Shown in pieces: positions 1-13,685 of a DNA stretch of 64,000 nt. The stretch covers positions 496,001-560,000 of the forward strand of contig CP089281.1 in NCBI GenBank assembly GCA_023920165.1, given 5' to 3'. Both the position numbers and the translations under genes were made by a program. The stretch's first letter is position 1, and every line of letters begins with the position of its first letter. The notes under the pieces were generated by a model that saw only the letters and a program-made list of their open reading frames with translations, searched no databases and was not told where the DNA came from. The DNA is from Curvularia clavata. Taxonomy: Eukaryota.

Positions 1-3000
1 ATGACGCGTCGCGAATCAGCCCGAGGAATTTCTATACTGCGGCGGAGTGCTTTCCCGACTCACTTTGGATGACTTCAGTGGCAGCACGAGTCGCCCTCTG
101 TCGGGATTGGGCGCGAGCTGCATCCTTTCTCCTTAACGCCATATGCTTGATGAGTGGACCGTGTACTCGATTAGTGGACCATGACAAAGAGCTGACATAG
201 CTCGAGGCAGCTCCGAAAAAAATAATCTTCAAATTCGAAGTGAAACATGCGCAAAGGAGTCAGACTGGTTGCGGATTCCTCTCGTATAGGCAAATGCTAT
301 GCGGTATCTTGCCGTGTGCAAACCCTAAAAGTGTTGGCACTGAGGTTGTGCCTAGGTGGAAAGCGCGGCTAATGCTCTAGGGTACTGTTCCGTGGAACAT
401 GACCTTTCAAACACCTGTTACTGAGAAGAATAGTCTTTACATATTAAACTGAGGCTGGGTCCAGACCAGTATTGCGACAGCAGAGAGCTTCTACGCGTCC
501 AATGGAAGCAAACGACATGCTTCCTCATGCAGTAGCAGACAGCTGACGCTGGGTATCCTTGTTCGCGTACACGCCGTTCTCGTGCTACTCAATCTTTACA
601 CAGAGGTCGTACCACCTACCGCATTATAACACGGATTGTCCGGGGTAGGCGAATGATGATGCATATTGGTATTTTGCGTGCGAATCAGCGAAGTGAAGCA
701 AACCGACAGGAGAACAAGGGTGGACAATACGAGCCGGGTCACACAACCGACCCACGGAAAATTGCAGCGTCGAAGAGTTAAAACCCACACACAGCCCCTG
801 CGCCCCAGTACTCGCTTGATGAATTTGGATTACTTGCATATCCTGACTAGAAGCCGCAGTAGGATGTTGCGCAATTGAGAGGATGGGAGAAATGGAAGGG
901 GAGCAAGGCATGACTCGACTTGTGTGTCTCATCACACCACTGGAAATGCGCTTCGGAAAGGCTATTGCCCGGAAGATGCTATTGTCAATAACGAGGTGGG
1001 CAGCGAGATGGTCCTTGGTCGAGGGTCTCCGGGGAGGATGACATGCTGCGCTGGCGCTGATCGCGTAGTTGGACCAGCCAATCCAGTCAGCATAAGCGGT
1101 GCGGGCCAGCATCAAGGCTCAATCGAGTACGCTGGGGGAATGACCGAAAATTCGCATCAGGCCAGTTTGGAGATACCGGTTTTGTTGTTGTGCATAACCG
1201 TTGGCCAAGTGTTTCGGCCTACGAGGTACCGAACTTGCGCACGTATCGTGTGGTGCTGATTGGCAAGCGGAGGTTATCCCCGCTTGCTTCTTTGAAGAAG
1301 CAGTCAGCGGGTAATGTTCGGAGTAGGGATAGGGCGGTAAGTGTGGATTCTCTGCGGCTGAAGCAATGTGTAGTGCATGTGCACAAGGCATGAAATAGCC
1401 GCTATTGCCGTTTGCCCACATCGCGATGGTGGCAGCGTGGGAGGTTTGAGGGGCGAGAGGTGGAGACACAAATGTACGAGTTGGCAGAAACGCCAGCCAC
1501 CAAGAACCTAATATTGTTGAGCTAGAGAAGTGGTGACTCTAGTGGGACTTGATATTCATGCAACAAGTAACGACGTGGGAAGAGGGCCAAACTAAGCAAG
1601 AACACGTGTAGCAGGATGACTAGAGAAAAGTATAGAGGACGCAGAAACGTCTCGAGGACAGATGAGATGGAGGGACTTGAAGGAATGCTTTGCAGTAGCG
1701 GCATGGCCAGGGTAGTAGTGCCTGCTGATGGACGTTGCATGCTTTAGTCCAAGCCAATGACGGGCATGAGCACGCTGTACGGGCCGAGTTTTGGGAGCAT
1801 GTGTATACTGTTTGCTTGTAATGTCATGGAGAGAAGTCGATGCCTGGTAAAAACGTGTTTTGTGTGTGTCGTGGGGCTACCTAAGCAGATGGTCAATGGT
1901 TCGCGCCAAAGCCCTACGACTACCGCACCCCAGCTTGGGCCCTCCGGTGACCCACAGTCGACGGCGTAGGCGCCACAGCTTGAAGTTAATCATGGCTGGT
2001 TGTAACTTTGCGTCGTGACCGTTTCACGACATGCATATGCCACTAGGCACTGGAGTAAACTGTAATCCAATGTGCAGTTGCAGTGCAAAGGCCAGCGCAT
2101 GCAAGCGGTGTTTGAATAAACATTTTGTTGCCAGATTGACGTCGGCTGTGGACTGCATCGTGGCAATTTTGTCGTCAAGACTAGCAGCTGGTTCCGTACA
2201 GTTTAGCTCCCAGTGCACAAAAAGCTCCGAACAGCCATCCAGTTGCCGTCTGGAAGGGGGCCCGTTGATGTCGATCATCATGACCCCAGGCTGGTTGTCC
2301 ATCTAGGCCAGCCAACCTTTTGTTTTAATGATGGCAACATGGCAAGGGCCACAGGTTTGGTATATGTCCGCCTCATTTTGTGGTCAGCCTTGGTTCGCCA
2401 CGACTGCCTGATTTGGTTTTCTTTGTCTCGCTTGTGTTGTTGCTTTGGTTTGCTTTTTCTTTGTCATGACGGGCGATGATGACGTTCCTGGACACAGGAT
2501 TACAGCAGAGGTGGGTCGTAGGCAGCTAAGAGCTTCGCATACTGAGGGAGACTGGCGCAAGCGGGAAGGAAAAAGCCGAGAGGAAAGTGACGACGCGAAC
2601 AGACCATGACGGAGCATGACCGACCGTGGGGGGAGGGGGGCAGACTAGAAGCAGAGCAGACTAGGAGGGAGCGTAGACAAGTTAACTGAGGCTGGCGAAA
2701 CCGGGACGATAGGGCCGATGACGTGATGTGGAAAGGGAGAGGAATCTGGACTTGCTCCCCTGGATCATCGCCTTGGCAGCGTAACCGACTGCGCGGGCCC
2801 GGAAACTGGTGGAGCAGGCGAGCCAACGATGGCAAAGTTTCAGAGCATCGTCCAAGGGCTACCACGAGCTGCCCACTGCCGCGGGAGTCGCTATGCCGCT
2901 TCCGGTACAGGGGCTGAGGACTAAAGCTCCCCACCAGGACGCGGGTCAGCTCGCATGGGCGGGCAAGCGAGGCGGCCTTGGGCAGCGTTTGGCGGCATTT

Positions 3001-3084
3001 GGCGTGGCGGTGCAGCTAAGTCGGTGTGCGTCAGTGTGCACGGGATGTGACGAGTGTGGTGGATGCGAGTGGGAGAGCGGGGGT

Positions 3085-3849
3085 GAGTAAGTAAGTAAGT
3101 AAGCAAGCGAGAGCGAAAGCGAGTGAGCATGTGGGTGATGGGTGGGAGGGAGGAAAAGAGCAGGAGCAACAGAGCGTCAAGGGCATGAGGGCGGGCATGC
3201 AGAGCAGGCACGATGGTGTATGGCCATGGCGCCTTCCCCCGTCTGCAAGGCATCAGCTGAATCCTAGTCATGGGTACGGCGTCATGGCAGGCAGGCAGGC
3301 AGGCAGGCAACGAGTGCGAAGAATGAGGAGGCAATGGCGTCGCTTGCGTGGCCCGATGGGGTTTCAAAAAGGGCTGTGTGATGTGATGGACCCCCACGTG
3401 ATGGTTGGTTGGCAAGGCCTAGCCTAGCAGACACGTTTTGCTGCGTGCCGTAATCTCAGTTGCTGCTAGACGGGGCGTTGCCGCTGACCGTCCCGAGACG
3501 TTAGCCATGGGCAAGCCGAGTTGGGCAGCGGGCGTAGTGCAGTCGAGTGTGCATGCGACGCGCCTCGCCTCGCCTCGCCTCACGACAGATATGGACACGA
3601 CCCATCGGCACACATGTATGTACGGCAGGGGCGAGTCGGTACCGGGAGGCTGACGTCGAGCGTGGCATGGGCACATTTGCGTATTGAGTGTATGTATGTA
3701 TGTAGTATGTATGTAGTGTGTACATATGCAGCATGTATGGCGGTGTGGCAGGCCGTTTGGCGGGCGCGGCAGCGTTTCGGGCATTTTGGACAGGCCAAGG
3801 ATGCGGTGCATAAAGCCAGAGTATGCAAGGCCAGAGCTATCGACCTGTG

Positions 3850-3880
<31 letters not shown>

Positions 3881-3940
3881 CTGTCTGTCGCGCTGACCGG
3901 CCCCGGTCACGGCCACGGCCCCGGCCCCGGCCCCCGGGCA
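3085..3940. repeat. Cluster of microsatellites upstream of the bZIP gene
   Basis: (AGTA)n ~3085-3105, (GCAG)n ~3287-3310, (CGCCT)n ~3561-3580, (TATG)n ~3690-3715, (GTCT)n ~3851-3888, (GGCCCC/GGCCAC)n ~3899-3938. Confidence 0.9.
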
Positions 3941-4842
3941 GCCACGACATGACATGTACCGGAATCACTCCCGCCGGCCAAAGCGCAGTCGCCTCGGCTG
4001 CAGGGCTGGCGACGTTGGCAGTGGGCTGCTGGCTGGCGTGCGAGGCGGCGTGCTGCTAGCCTAGCCTGCCCTCGTCCGCTTCCGCGCATCCTGTCCACCC
4101 TCTCCCACTCCACCACCTCGCCGGCCACATACCCTTGCCCTGCCCAAAGCAGCGCAACAGTGGGGCCCCATCGCCAGAAGCCGCCCACACCATGGAAGCC
4201 CTCGATGGGTTTGCGAGCCATCCCCCCGTCCATTACACCGCACTTTGCCCTGGCCCGCCCGCCTGTCACTGACACCTATATGTATACATAGCTGCACGGC
4301 TCTGCTCCCCGTGCCCTGCTCCTGCTCCTACTCCTGCTCCTGCTTCTCGTCTCCTACCTACCTACTTTACAAGTGTTACTTGCTCTACCCCCAACCCGGT
4401 ATGGTCCTCAGCCCCACACAACTCCAATTGCCCTACTAGGAAACTCTGCCTCGCTCGCCTCACCCCGGCGCCCGTATCCCTTGGGCTCTCTCCAATCTGT
4501 GCTCCAATAAAATATATTCCACTCCGTCTTCAGCCCGCCCGCCCCCAGCCCTTCACATCTCCTTCTACTCTCCCTCGTCTTGAGCCAATCCTGGGTTGTC
4601 TCTTGGGCGACCCAACACACACTGCCGTCACGCTGGCTACCCAAACCCTCCCCGCTATCGAGGCTCCCCATCCTCTATTCCCCCGCCGCTTCCAGTCGTC
4701 CCTGACTCCCCCATATACAAACGATCCCAAGCTAGACCGCCCATGGTTGCCAACCGGCGGCCAAGGGGGCTGTGACGACGTCGATCAAAAGTCGGCTCTC
4801 ATCACTGGTCCTTCTCGGCCCCAGCAAACTTCAACCCCCCAA

Positions 4843-6381
4843 ATGTCTCCAGTCCAGTCGTATCCTCCAATGCATCCACCATACCGGAGCCCGCGAGAGC
4901 CTCCAGCACATGCTCCCGTCTCTCTCCCCCCCCTTCGCCTTCCCACGACATCACCCACTCCTTCGGGCCGCAATGCCAACTCCATTGGTGTCCTCCTCAA
5001 TCCTCAGAACGACATGGCCCAGCAGCCGCACCAAGGCCCCAGGCGCAGTCTTTCGCGTTTGGAATCTTCGTCCCCGGTCGAGACTCAACATTCGCAGAGC
5101 TTGCCCTCCATCAGCCGCCCAAACAGCGTCGACTCTGTCCTGTCTTCTCGAGAAGACCAAAATGCACAAAGGCTCTTTGCACCCCCAGGAAGACCTCCGA
5201 TGCGGCCCTCGCTTCATGACAAAGCCAGCAAGACGCATACCGTCACTACGCTGAATCCACCTACAGGCACGATAGATGCACACCAGTCACCCTTCCTGAC
5301 AGCAAGCACTCGTCCGTCAGACGTCACAACCCCCCAGCACTCGGCTCTGCCAACACCACCTGCTGCAGCCCGAACCCACTACTTTCCACCCACGGCTCCA
5401 ACCCCACCCCCAACCATGGGTGGTCGTCCAGACATGCATCGCCCCGGTGTTAACTTCCACCAGTCAGGCAGTGCAAGTCCCATAACTCAATACTCGCCCT
5501 ACAGCCAGTCGGCTTCTGTGGCCTCCACACAGTACGACAGCCACCCTGCCCAAGCACACTACGGCCCTGGAGCCATCACAATGCACGATATCCGCCAAGG
5601 CCCTCCCTCCATGGATGGTGACCGCACCAGCATGATTGCCATGGCCCCGTCGAGTCAGAGCAGCATCCAACTCATGACCATCAAGAGCCAACATGGGCCT
5701 CCTCGCCAAATCCCCGTAGAGACCCAGACTGCTTCCAAGGGCGCTGATGAAAAGAGGAGGCGCAACGCGGGCGCTTCGGCACGTTTCCGTGCTAGGCGGA
5801 AAGAGAAGGAACGAGAGGCTTCAATGAGCATCTCGAGGCTAGAACAGAGCGTGCGTGACGCTACCGAAGACGCCACTTTTTACCGCGAGGAGAGAGACTA
5901 TTGGAGATCCTTGGCCCTGCAAAGCCACCCAGAGCGAAATCACCCTCGCCCCCAGTCCCCTCGGCTGAGGCGCGTGTCCACCGACCCTTCTCGAGCCCCT
6001 TCTTGCACAACAGCACAAGGTTCAGAGGCTTCCTTTGACGGCTACGAAGAAGAGTCTCGTGACGAAGAACAGCGCAACGTCCGGAGAAGGACCAACAACT
6101 ACAACCCTGCATTGGGCCCTCATCAGATAGACGCTCCTTCTGCTGGCCACGACGCTCACCCCTATGCCCCGCAGGCCTGTCCTCCTGCCACAGCCCACCC
6201 CCCTGCTCAGAACGCCCAGGTCCATCATCCCTCTCAACAGCAGCAGCCACAGGGGCAACCAAACGGTCTTCAGCATCCTTCACCAGAGCGACCCATGTAC
6301 CGTGATCCTTTTGCTGCCGAGACTGGTCGGTATGAGCACCGAGCCTGGACTTCTGAACAGACCAAGAGTGCGTCACACTGA
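4843..6381 (+). CDS. bZIP transcription factor (basic region related to the MetR/Cys-3/Zip1 type), single exon
   Basis: Basic region DEKRRRNAGASARFRARRKEKE followed by a heptad zipper (ISRLEQSVRDA..YREERDYWRSLA), with Pro/Ser/Gln-rich flanks. First in-frame ATG is at 4843; the ORF track starts at TTG 4603. Confidence 0.9.
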   Translation: MSPVQSYPPMHPPYRSPREPPAHAPVSLPPLRLPTTSPTPSGRNANSIGVLLNPQNDMAQQPHQGPRRSLSRLESSSPVETQHSQSLPSISRPNSVDSVLSSREDQNAQRLFAPPGRPPMRPSLHDKASKTHTVTTLNPPTGTIDAHQSPFLTASTRPSDVTTPQHSALPTPPAAARTHYFPPTAPTPPPTMGGRPDMHRPGVNFHQSGSASPITQYSPYSQSASVASTQYDSHPAQAHYGPGAITMHDIRQGPPSMDGDRTSMIAMAPSSQSSIQLMTIKSQHGPPRQIPVETQTASKGADEKRRRNAGASARFRARRKEKEREASMSISRLEQSVRDATEDATFYREERDYWRSLALQSHPERNHPRPQSPRLRRVSTDPSRAPSCTTAQGSEASFDGYEEESRDEEQRNVRRRTNNYNPALGPHQIDAPSAGHDAHPYAPQACPPATAHPPAQNAQVHHPSQQQQPQGQPNGLQHPSPERPMYRDPFAAETGRYEHRAWTSEQTKSASH

Positions 6382-6579
6382 TAACTCACGGACAGCAAAT
6401 GTCTCTCATTTGTTGCATGGGTGGTTGTTTCAAAATCGTGCAATCTTGCAAGCACTAATCTGCGTTATACCCACTGATCTTTTTTTCTCTTCTTTTTTTT
6501 TCTGCTCTTCATCATTGTCTTTATTGGCATTTCCTACCATCAAACTGCATCTAGAAAATCGGGCCCTCACCGGCGATGT

Positions 6580-6650
6580 TGTCATCATCATCATCATCAT
6601 TATTATCATCATTGTTGTCATCTCTAGCAGCATCAGCATCAGCATCAGAT
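6580..6650. repeat. (ATC)n and (ATCAGC)n microsatellites in the probable 3' UTR of the bZIP gene
   Basis: gtcatcatcatcatcatcattattatcatc ... agcagcatcagcatcagcatcagat. Confidence 0.9.
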
Positions 6651-9600
6651 CGATCACGGTTCTGGCACAGATGCGAAGGTTCATGTACATACACGTTGTG
6701 GAACATGACGGAAGTTGATCTCGGCCAATCAAAATCTTGATATCCAATTACCGTCCATCTTTCCATCTCCATCTGTCTGTCTGTCAGCTTAATGACCACA
6801 AATCCCTGACAAGTGTCTCGTCCAGAAACTCATCAGTGCGTAGCGAGGGCTTGGCGAACTTCACGGTTGAAGCAGCATGATTCGGTTGTCGCGGCAATGA
6901 AACAATGGGCAATATTCGACATCGACGTCTGTAACGCGCGACGATGCAAATGCACGACTAGCAAAGTCGGCGTCTACTATTACTCGTAACCCCCAAACTA
7001 TAAAGTCTGTTTCGAGAACGACAGTGGACGAATCAGGACTGGTCAACGCCCAGTGAGGCAAGCACAAGGCGCATGGACTTGGCCGCTAAAACGCTTCTGC
7101 ACACTACCAACGGCTTCACTTAGTTGTCCTCCTGCGGCTCCCCTGACAGAATAGGCGAATGAGTCCGGTCAAACTTTTGCGGCTCACTAACACAACCAGT
7201 CCCGTTTACCACATGCCGACAAGGCAAAGCCTGTATTGTATGCCAAGTTTGCGCTTCCTTGCGGGTTGGTTCCTCGAAGAGTTTGCCGTGCCCATCTGCG
7301 CTGCTACAGGAGCTAAACCCACTTAGTCGCGGAGCTAGCTGACCCGCACCTTGATGGCCTGTCTTGACGTCGCTTCCACCAGACAGAGTCTCTTCTGTTG
7401 CTCTCTTTCTCTCTCTCTTCTCCAACCCACTTCGTGCTGGTATTGTTTCTAGTCAATCTGTCTATGCAGACGCCGTTTTCTGAATATATGCACCAATTCT
7501 TATCCAAATCTCGATTCCGCCATGCACATCTCGTACGATCCATAGGAGCGGTCTAAAAGCCACCTGACCATGTGGTTGGGAATCGGCCAAGAGCGGATGT
7601 GTCGCCAAACTCTAAAGACATGCATGCAACGAGGTACCATGGGTACCCGTCGGAGACTACTCCGGGGTGGTCCGTTAGACGGTGGGGCACGCTGTCGCCC
7701 GGCTCATTCAATGGCCCAGACCGGAACTTTAAGTACAGTGCACTACGAAGATAGCGCGCCAGCCGGCGCTATGAGTGACCTGCTTGGGATCTTGACTGGT
7801 GATATTATCAGATCTGCACCAGCTGCGACCACTCGCAGGCTCCAACAAATCTCCGTGCCTTTGTCGATTGGCTACACGCCTGTCCCTTGTAGCCAACCAT
7901 TCTCAACACATCAAGGACGGCTTGCCATGCGTACGGGACATACATAGATAGTATATGCGTACAGCCATGGTAGCTCGAACTCTCCCAGAAACGGTCCGAA
8001 TGACAGTGACAACTTCGCCGTCCCTGTCATCCCAGTCTAACGTGTCAGCTCTGGCAACCTTGTTCGCTTTCGCATCCTGGAAATAGTTATACGGTTCTCC
8101 TGTCCCGTGTCTGCAAACGCAATGTCTTGTTGTTGCACATAGGATAGCTCGCTGAGTAGAACATGTACTATGTGAGAGGCAGTCACCAGTTGTGGCCTAA
8201 GGCTGTGGGTGCAAGAATACCTCCACACCCGGGCCTCCAACAGAGGCACTGTGCGTCTCTTGCTATCCATGTGCTATATAGGGCCTTCTGCAGCTTCTAG
8301 ACGCAACGCTCACGGGTTGGAGAGAAGCGCGTTGGAGTTCGTGAATCAAGGGGAAAATCACAAAGGAAAAACGCACGTCCCAGCCGGAGTTCTCCATAAC
8401 TCCTCTAGCCCTATACCAGATGACGACGGAACGGGAGGAAGTGTGCCATCTCACGTGCATTGCGCGACCCTGCTTACGCTCTGGACTGCCTCTAGACTGA
8501 TGGTGCGCTCGTTTAACGTACCGCGGCGGTCCATGCACGACATGCCTCCGCTAATCGAACCCTCGTCATCGGGCCTAACCACTAGGCTAACCGGGTCCCC
8601 GACGAGCATGAGCGCACGTAACCGCCACACCGCCATCTCTCTGCATACAATACTCCATTTTTCGCCGTCATCCATCCCACCTTCCGTTCCTCCGCTACGT
8701 ACACCAACATCAGTGCGATACTGACTCGCCATACTTGCGCAAATTTTTTTCTTCTGTCGTCTTGCTCCCTCTGCGAGGCTAGCAGAGGTAAGAATGCGTG
8801 GAGGTGACCGGGGTTGCAGGATGACGCTACGACTAGGATGCCATTCCACGCGCACCAACCGCTCATTCCGCAACTCTGCATGATAACAGGACACGAGCAA
8901 GAGCCGCTCTGGGTCCATGGAGGGATGATGCACCGGGGTCGGGCTGATGACACGCTGCGACGGGGTTTAGAGACTTGCCCAATAAAGCAGAAACCTGGAG
9001 TAGGATCAGCGGTCCAATCTCACCGTTTACCTCTGCCATGGGCTCACAAGGCTGTAAGACCATATGTGTCGCAGCGGTCCCGGCTTACGCCCTCCACTCC
9101 CCTACCACTTTGTTTTACCCGCTTCAATTGCCCGAATTCAAAAGCTGACGTCGGCCCGATCAGCGAGACATACGGGGGGGGGATCATGGATAGCGGTGCG
9201 TGCTCGGTCTGCACTGCGACGCCTTCTCAAGGTTCTCCCGGAGCACAACTGCCGATGTGGTCTTTTTTTCCTTGCCCGCTTCACCTCCACGACGCGACAT
9301 GTCATGTCATGTAAGTGGGCCGAGAGCCCCACGATGACTTTTGCAGGGTAGTCTGCGGTCGACTTGCCTCATATCATCAACTGTGCAGCTGATGCCCTTT
9401 TCTTTTTTTCTTTGTGGATGACTCGCATCATGGTAATTTGTTGGTCATTCAAAACATGTTTGCAATTTCTAGCTATTCACTTCTACATACGGCTACTCAC
9501 ATTCTAATAGGCAACCCACTTTCGACACGTGTATCTAGTAGTCTATGCGCACCCTGGATTTCTTCCACAACTACCATTGCACCTCTCTCCACATCGTCTG

Positions 9601-12600
9601 CCCATGAGTCGTTTGTCAGTGGGTTGCTGTGCGTCACGCGCTGCATGCGATACTTGCTTTGGCTGCACGGCGCTTTTACTACCTTCATCCAAGGCCCAGA
9701 ACACTATTGATCGATCAGATCTGCACATGACTCAAGGACCTGGTATATGTATCGAAAGGGTGGGTGATATGCTCTCCTGCCTGCCGAGCAAGGTCGCCGA
9801 ATGTTGCACGCCATCGGCTCTATAACCGCGATGCGGGTCATGTATGTCGAGACCTTGCGATCGCAACAATCACAGTCGTTCTTTTGGGTGCTTTGATGCG
9901 TAAGAGATAAAAACAACTTAAAGAAACCATGGGAACTGCCTAGCACATCACCCAGCATGCACTGCAATGCCATGCAAGCAACCCGGTCGATTGAGGACCC
10001 CTAAAATATCTGAAAGAATCTCACAGGCTGCGGGGCAGATTCCCGCAGTCTTCCCTTTCCCCTCTTTTATGTTTTCCTCTTCTCTCCATTACATGCATAA
10101 GCGCGGTACCCCTGGGACTTTGGATCGAGTTGCAGTGCGCGCCTACCGAACACATCATGGACTTTCCAAAACACATGATGGAGCAGGTTGGAGTCGAATT
10201 ATGCCGAATTCGATTGTAATAGCATGTTTGAACCACTGCAGGAGACGTCAGCAATATGGTCACACAGGCGTGCCGTGAATCCTTCAATGATCATTACACG
10301 CATGCCACGTAGTATCCAACCATGCTGTCACGACAAGAAAGGGAAAGGAAAGAAGAAAAAAATGATTAAACAGCAAATGCATCCGGACTCGCTTGCTGAC
10401 CACAAGATGGGTGGACAGCACTGCCCAGGCAGCTAGGCACGACTCGTCTCCAACAGACCATACACACGCATACACGCACGCATATACTCCAAAAGTACTG
10501 CAAGCTCAGCAACCACTAAATGTCCCTTCAACCCCAAACCACGCACGGCGTCTCCGTTTGGGCCATCCGCACCTCGTCTCCCTTTCCAATTCCCCTTCTC
10601 ACCCTTTAAAAAAGCGCCGAACCACTACCTCGGGACACTCTTCTGCTGCACAGTGAGTCCAGGCACCACCCCTGTCTCAACCACGCACATCTTGAAGCCC
10701 AACCATGCAAGCCATACAGCACAACACAATTCACTCATGCATGTCAGCACATCATTTGACTAGTGAGGGGATGGCAAAAGTGGACCCGCATTGGCGATCC
10801 GATCATGTGATGTCTTCTTTTCCCATTGAAACGCGAACGCGGAACAGTTGCTTGTTGAGAACCATCGACCCTAATTAATAGAGAGTAATAAGATGAATAC
10901 GCGAACGGAACACGGGAACATGGCGTGCCGACAGAGGTGGTGGCGCAGCTGGCCGCGAATCACCACCCCCATCTTACCTGCAGCCATTCACTCACCTCGC
11001 CTAGTCAAGAAATGACCAGATACCAAGAAATTGGGGGCTTTTTCGAGAACAGGGCTTCGTTACTTTATTTTTGGTATCCCGGCTCGACCACCTGGAATTC
11101 GTCTCAGATTTTGGCCCCCACCAATTGTCGCACGCCCCGTCCGCACTACTCCGTACCGTGTGTGCAAGTGTATGTACGTATGCGTTCGTCGTGCGTAATG
11201 ACCAGGCGGGGGAAGCGCATGTGCCATCAGCTCTGCATGCTCTAGATGAACGGTTCGCGTTCAGACAAAGACTTAGGTGCGATAGGACTCGATTTTTGTT
11301 GATTTGTTTGCCATCGAGTACGCACGTGGCAAACGACGTGAGAAATACAAGAGGCGGAGAAGAAATGAAGACTAAAACAGAAGTGAAGTATTAGGTAGGT
11401 TTCGACTGTTGGGAAAGGAACGTTCCGGACCGTTGCCGTCCGCGCAGCCGACTCTTCCCGGCGGATGGGGAACGCGCCGTCGCATGCTCGTCATCTTGCC
11501 CTTGAGAGGGTGTGGTGTCTGGTGACGCATGACGAACATGCAAAAGCGTATGCTTTTTCCTGGTTTTCTCACTTTTTCCATGTGTAACACCTGCACATGC
11601 ACATAGACGCCGGCCCCTCCCCAACGGCTTTTCTCCCGCTTGCCAGACGAGAAAAGCAAATACAAGCATCAGAAAGAAAATGAGGCTGCACCCATAGAGA
11701 GCGCGAGCGTTTGAAATGCCTTGCATGCATGCAATTGCATGCATCGTACTAGTGTACGTAAGTACATACATACATACCGTTCGTACTACCTCCACTATAT
11801 CTATTGTGACGAAAGAGTAGGAAAAAAGCATAGGCCACTATTGCTCTGAACAACTCATGCCATCGCCATTGGTACATGTGCATTGTCTCATTACTCAACG
11901 CTCACATACTGTTGTACAATAGCTCACTTGGCAGTACTGTTTTCTCCCCCTCCCAAGGCTTTTTCTCCGAATCTCTGCAGCTCGTTCGTGCAGAGATCCT
12001 AACGGGCTAGCAGAATGGCCAGTATACAGCATGTCATCACTGGATCTGATCAACTACATACCCCCTAGCTAGCCCGCAAAGGCACATGGCCTGTTTCCGC
12101 TGTCCATATTCACGAGATCGTTTGGACGTAATCAAAAGGACATGGCGTTTGGGAAGAAGCAAACAACCGAATCAACGGAAAAGGGGATGCGGGAAGAGAT
12201 GGAAGGGTGCATCATGCAAGGCCCCTTGATACGTTCTCGCCCGTTCTCCTCCACATTTTTTCGGCACGTGGAAGATTAGGAAAAGAAAGAATGAAATTGT
12301 AAACGGTGAAGAACGGTACATGTAGACATGTATGCACAATATGCATGGTCAAACCATGTAGCAGTCTAGACAGACGGAGTACGACAATACTCATCAGATG
12401 TCTCTTCAACTGCTGAAGCTGAATCACGATGCTACGGCGAGAAGATGGGAAGTGTCATCGTTGAGATTACTTCAATTCCCCAACTACTTCGCTCTTCGCC
12501 TCGCCAAGTCACCCTCCCGACGCACTCGCCTCGCCTGCGCCCAAGACGCCTCCAAGTGGTACGATAAACACGTATAACAAGACCTCTACGTAGCTATACA

Positions 12601-13685
12601 TGCACACACATGCGCGTGTATGTGATGTGTGTGCCGTTGCGTACCGATGAGAATAAGAAGCAATCATCAAGAAAATACAACACTCTCTCTATCTTTTCGC
12701 CCAGGCGGCAAAAGCCATCCCGCCCATCCGGCATATGTGTATACACATGGAAAAAGCAAAAAGAAGACCCAAAGGACGCAAGAACCCAACATCGCGCCAC
12801 ACTACCCAGTACCGCAAGCGAACAATGTGCGACAGAGGTGCAGTAGTGTCAACAGTACACCGTACATATAACGCCTCTTTATTCGCACTACCACACCACT
12901 CAGCCCATAAGTGTGGATCCCGCAATGCAATGCCGTGCATGTGGTCTCGGCACGATGAACGGCTTGGAAATCTGGCGTCAGGTGGGAACGTTGAAGATAT
13001 TGTATGCAAGTCAAGCAAAGGGTGGGTGCGCCATCAAGCACATCACACCGATCATGAACAACCGGCATCCACTTCCCACAAACGCGTGCGCGCGCGAGCC
13101 ACCCCCGATGCACGGAGATTGGCGAGAGAAGGGAGGGCGGGTAATGACAGGCGTGTGGCCTGCTGCTGGCGATTGCTGGGCCCTAGTTCAAACGGCATGC
13201 CGCGCGCCCCAGGCCCGAGGAAGACCGTCATCGGTGTGCAGTACAGACGTGCTGTTCTTGGTGTGCACCGAGCTTCTTTTCCTATGCGATGTTACACAGT
13301 GCGTTTATGACCCCCACGGCACATGTATGTTTTCCTGAGTTATAGCAGAAAAGAAAAACAAATGCATACGATGATGTGATATTGTTTTATTTTGGGGGCC
13401 TTTTAGTTACATCCAGCTGCAGAATAAAAAGACCTGGCTTGTGCAACCGTTACACAGCCTTCTATCCCGTCCAACCCTGCAATATGCCGTCCGGATAGTC
13501 GTAATGATATGATTGATAGTTTTCGGGAGAAGTAGTGGGTGGGGGGTACCACCTAGGACACCTGTGGTGCGTGGGATACGTGGGGTGTGGGGTGAGGTAG
13601 TATCTCATCCGGAGATGCTGCACAAGACGTCACAGCATGCTGTAAGGCGTCGATAAGACAAGACGCCTGAGTTGACTACTCGCAT

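Noticed and set aside
4843..6381. Calling the bZIP CpcA/Gcn4 or MetR
   Set aside because: The basic region RRRNAGASARFR differs from Gcn4-type RARNTEAARRSR and from MetR-type RRRNTAASARFR. Orthology cannot be fixed by eye.
6430..6799. ORFs with poly-Met, poly-Ile or poly-Asp runs
   Set aside because: They are translations of the (ATC)n microsatellite.
8209..9351. Overlapping 120-170-aa ORFs in the long intergenic region
   Set aside because: No recognisable domain, codon bias or consistent splice structure.
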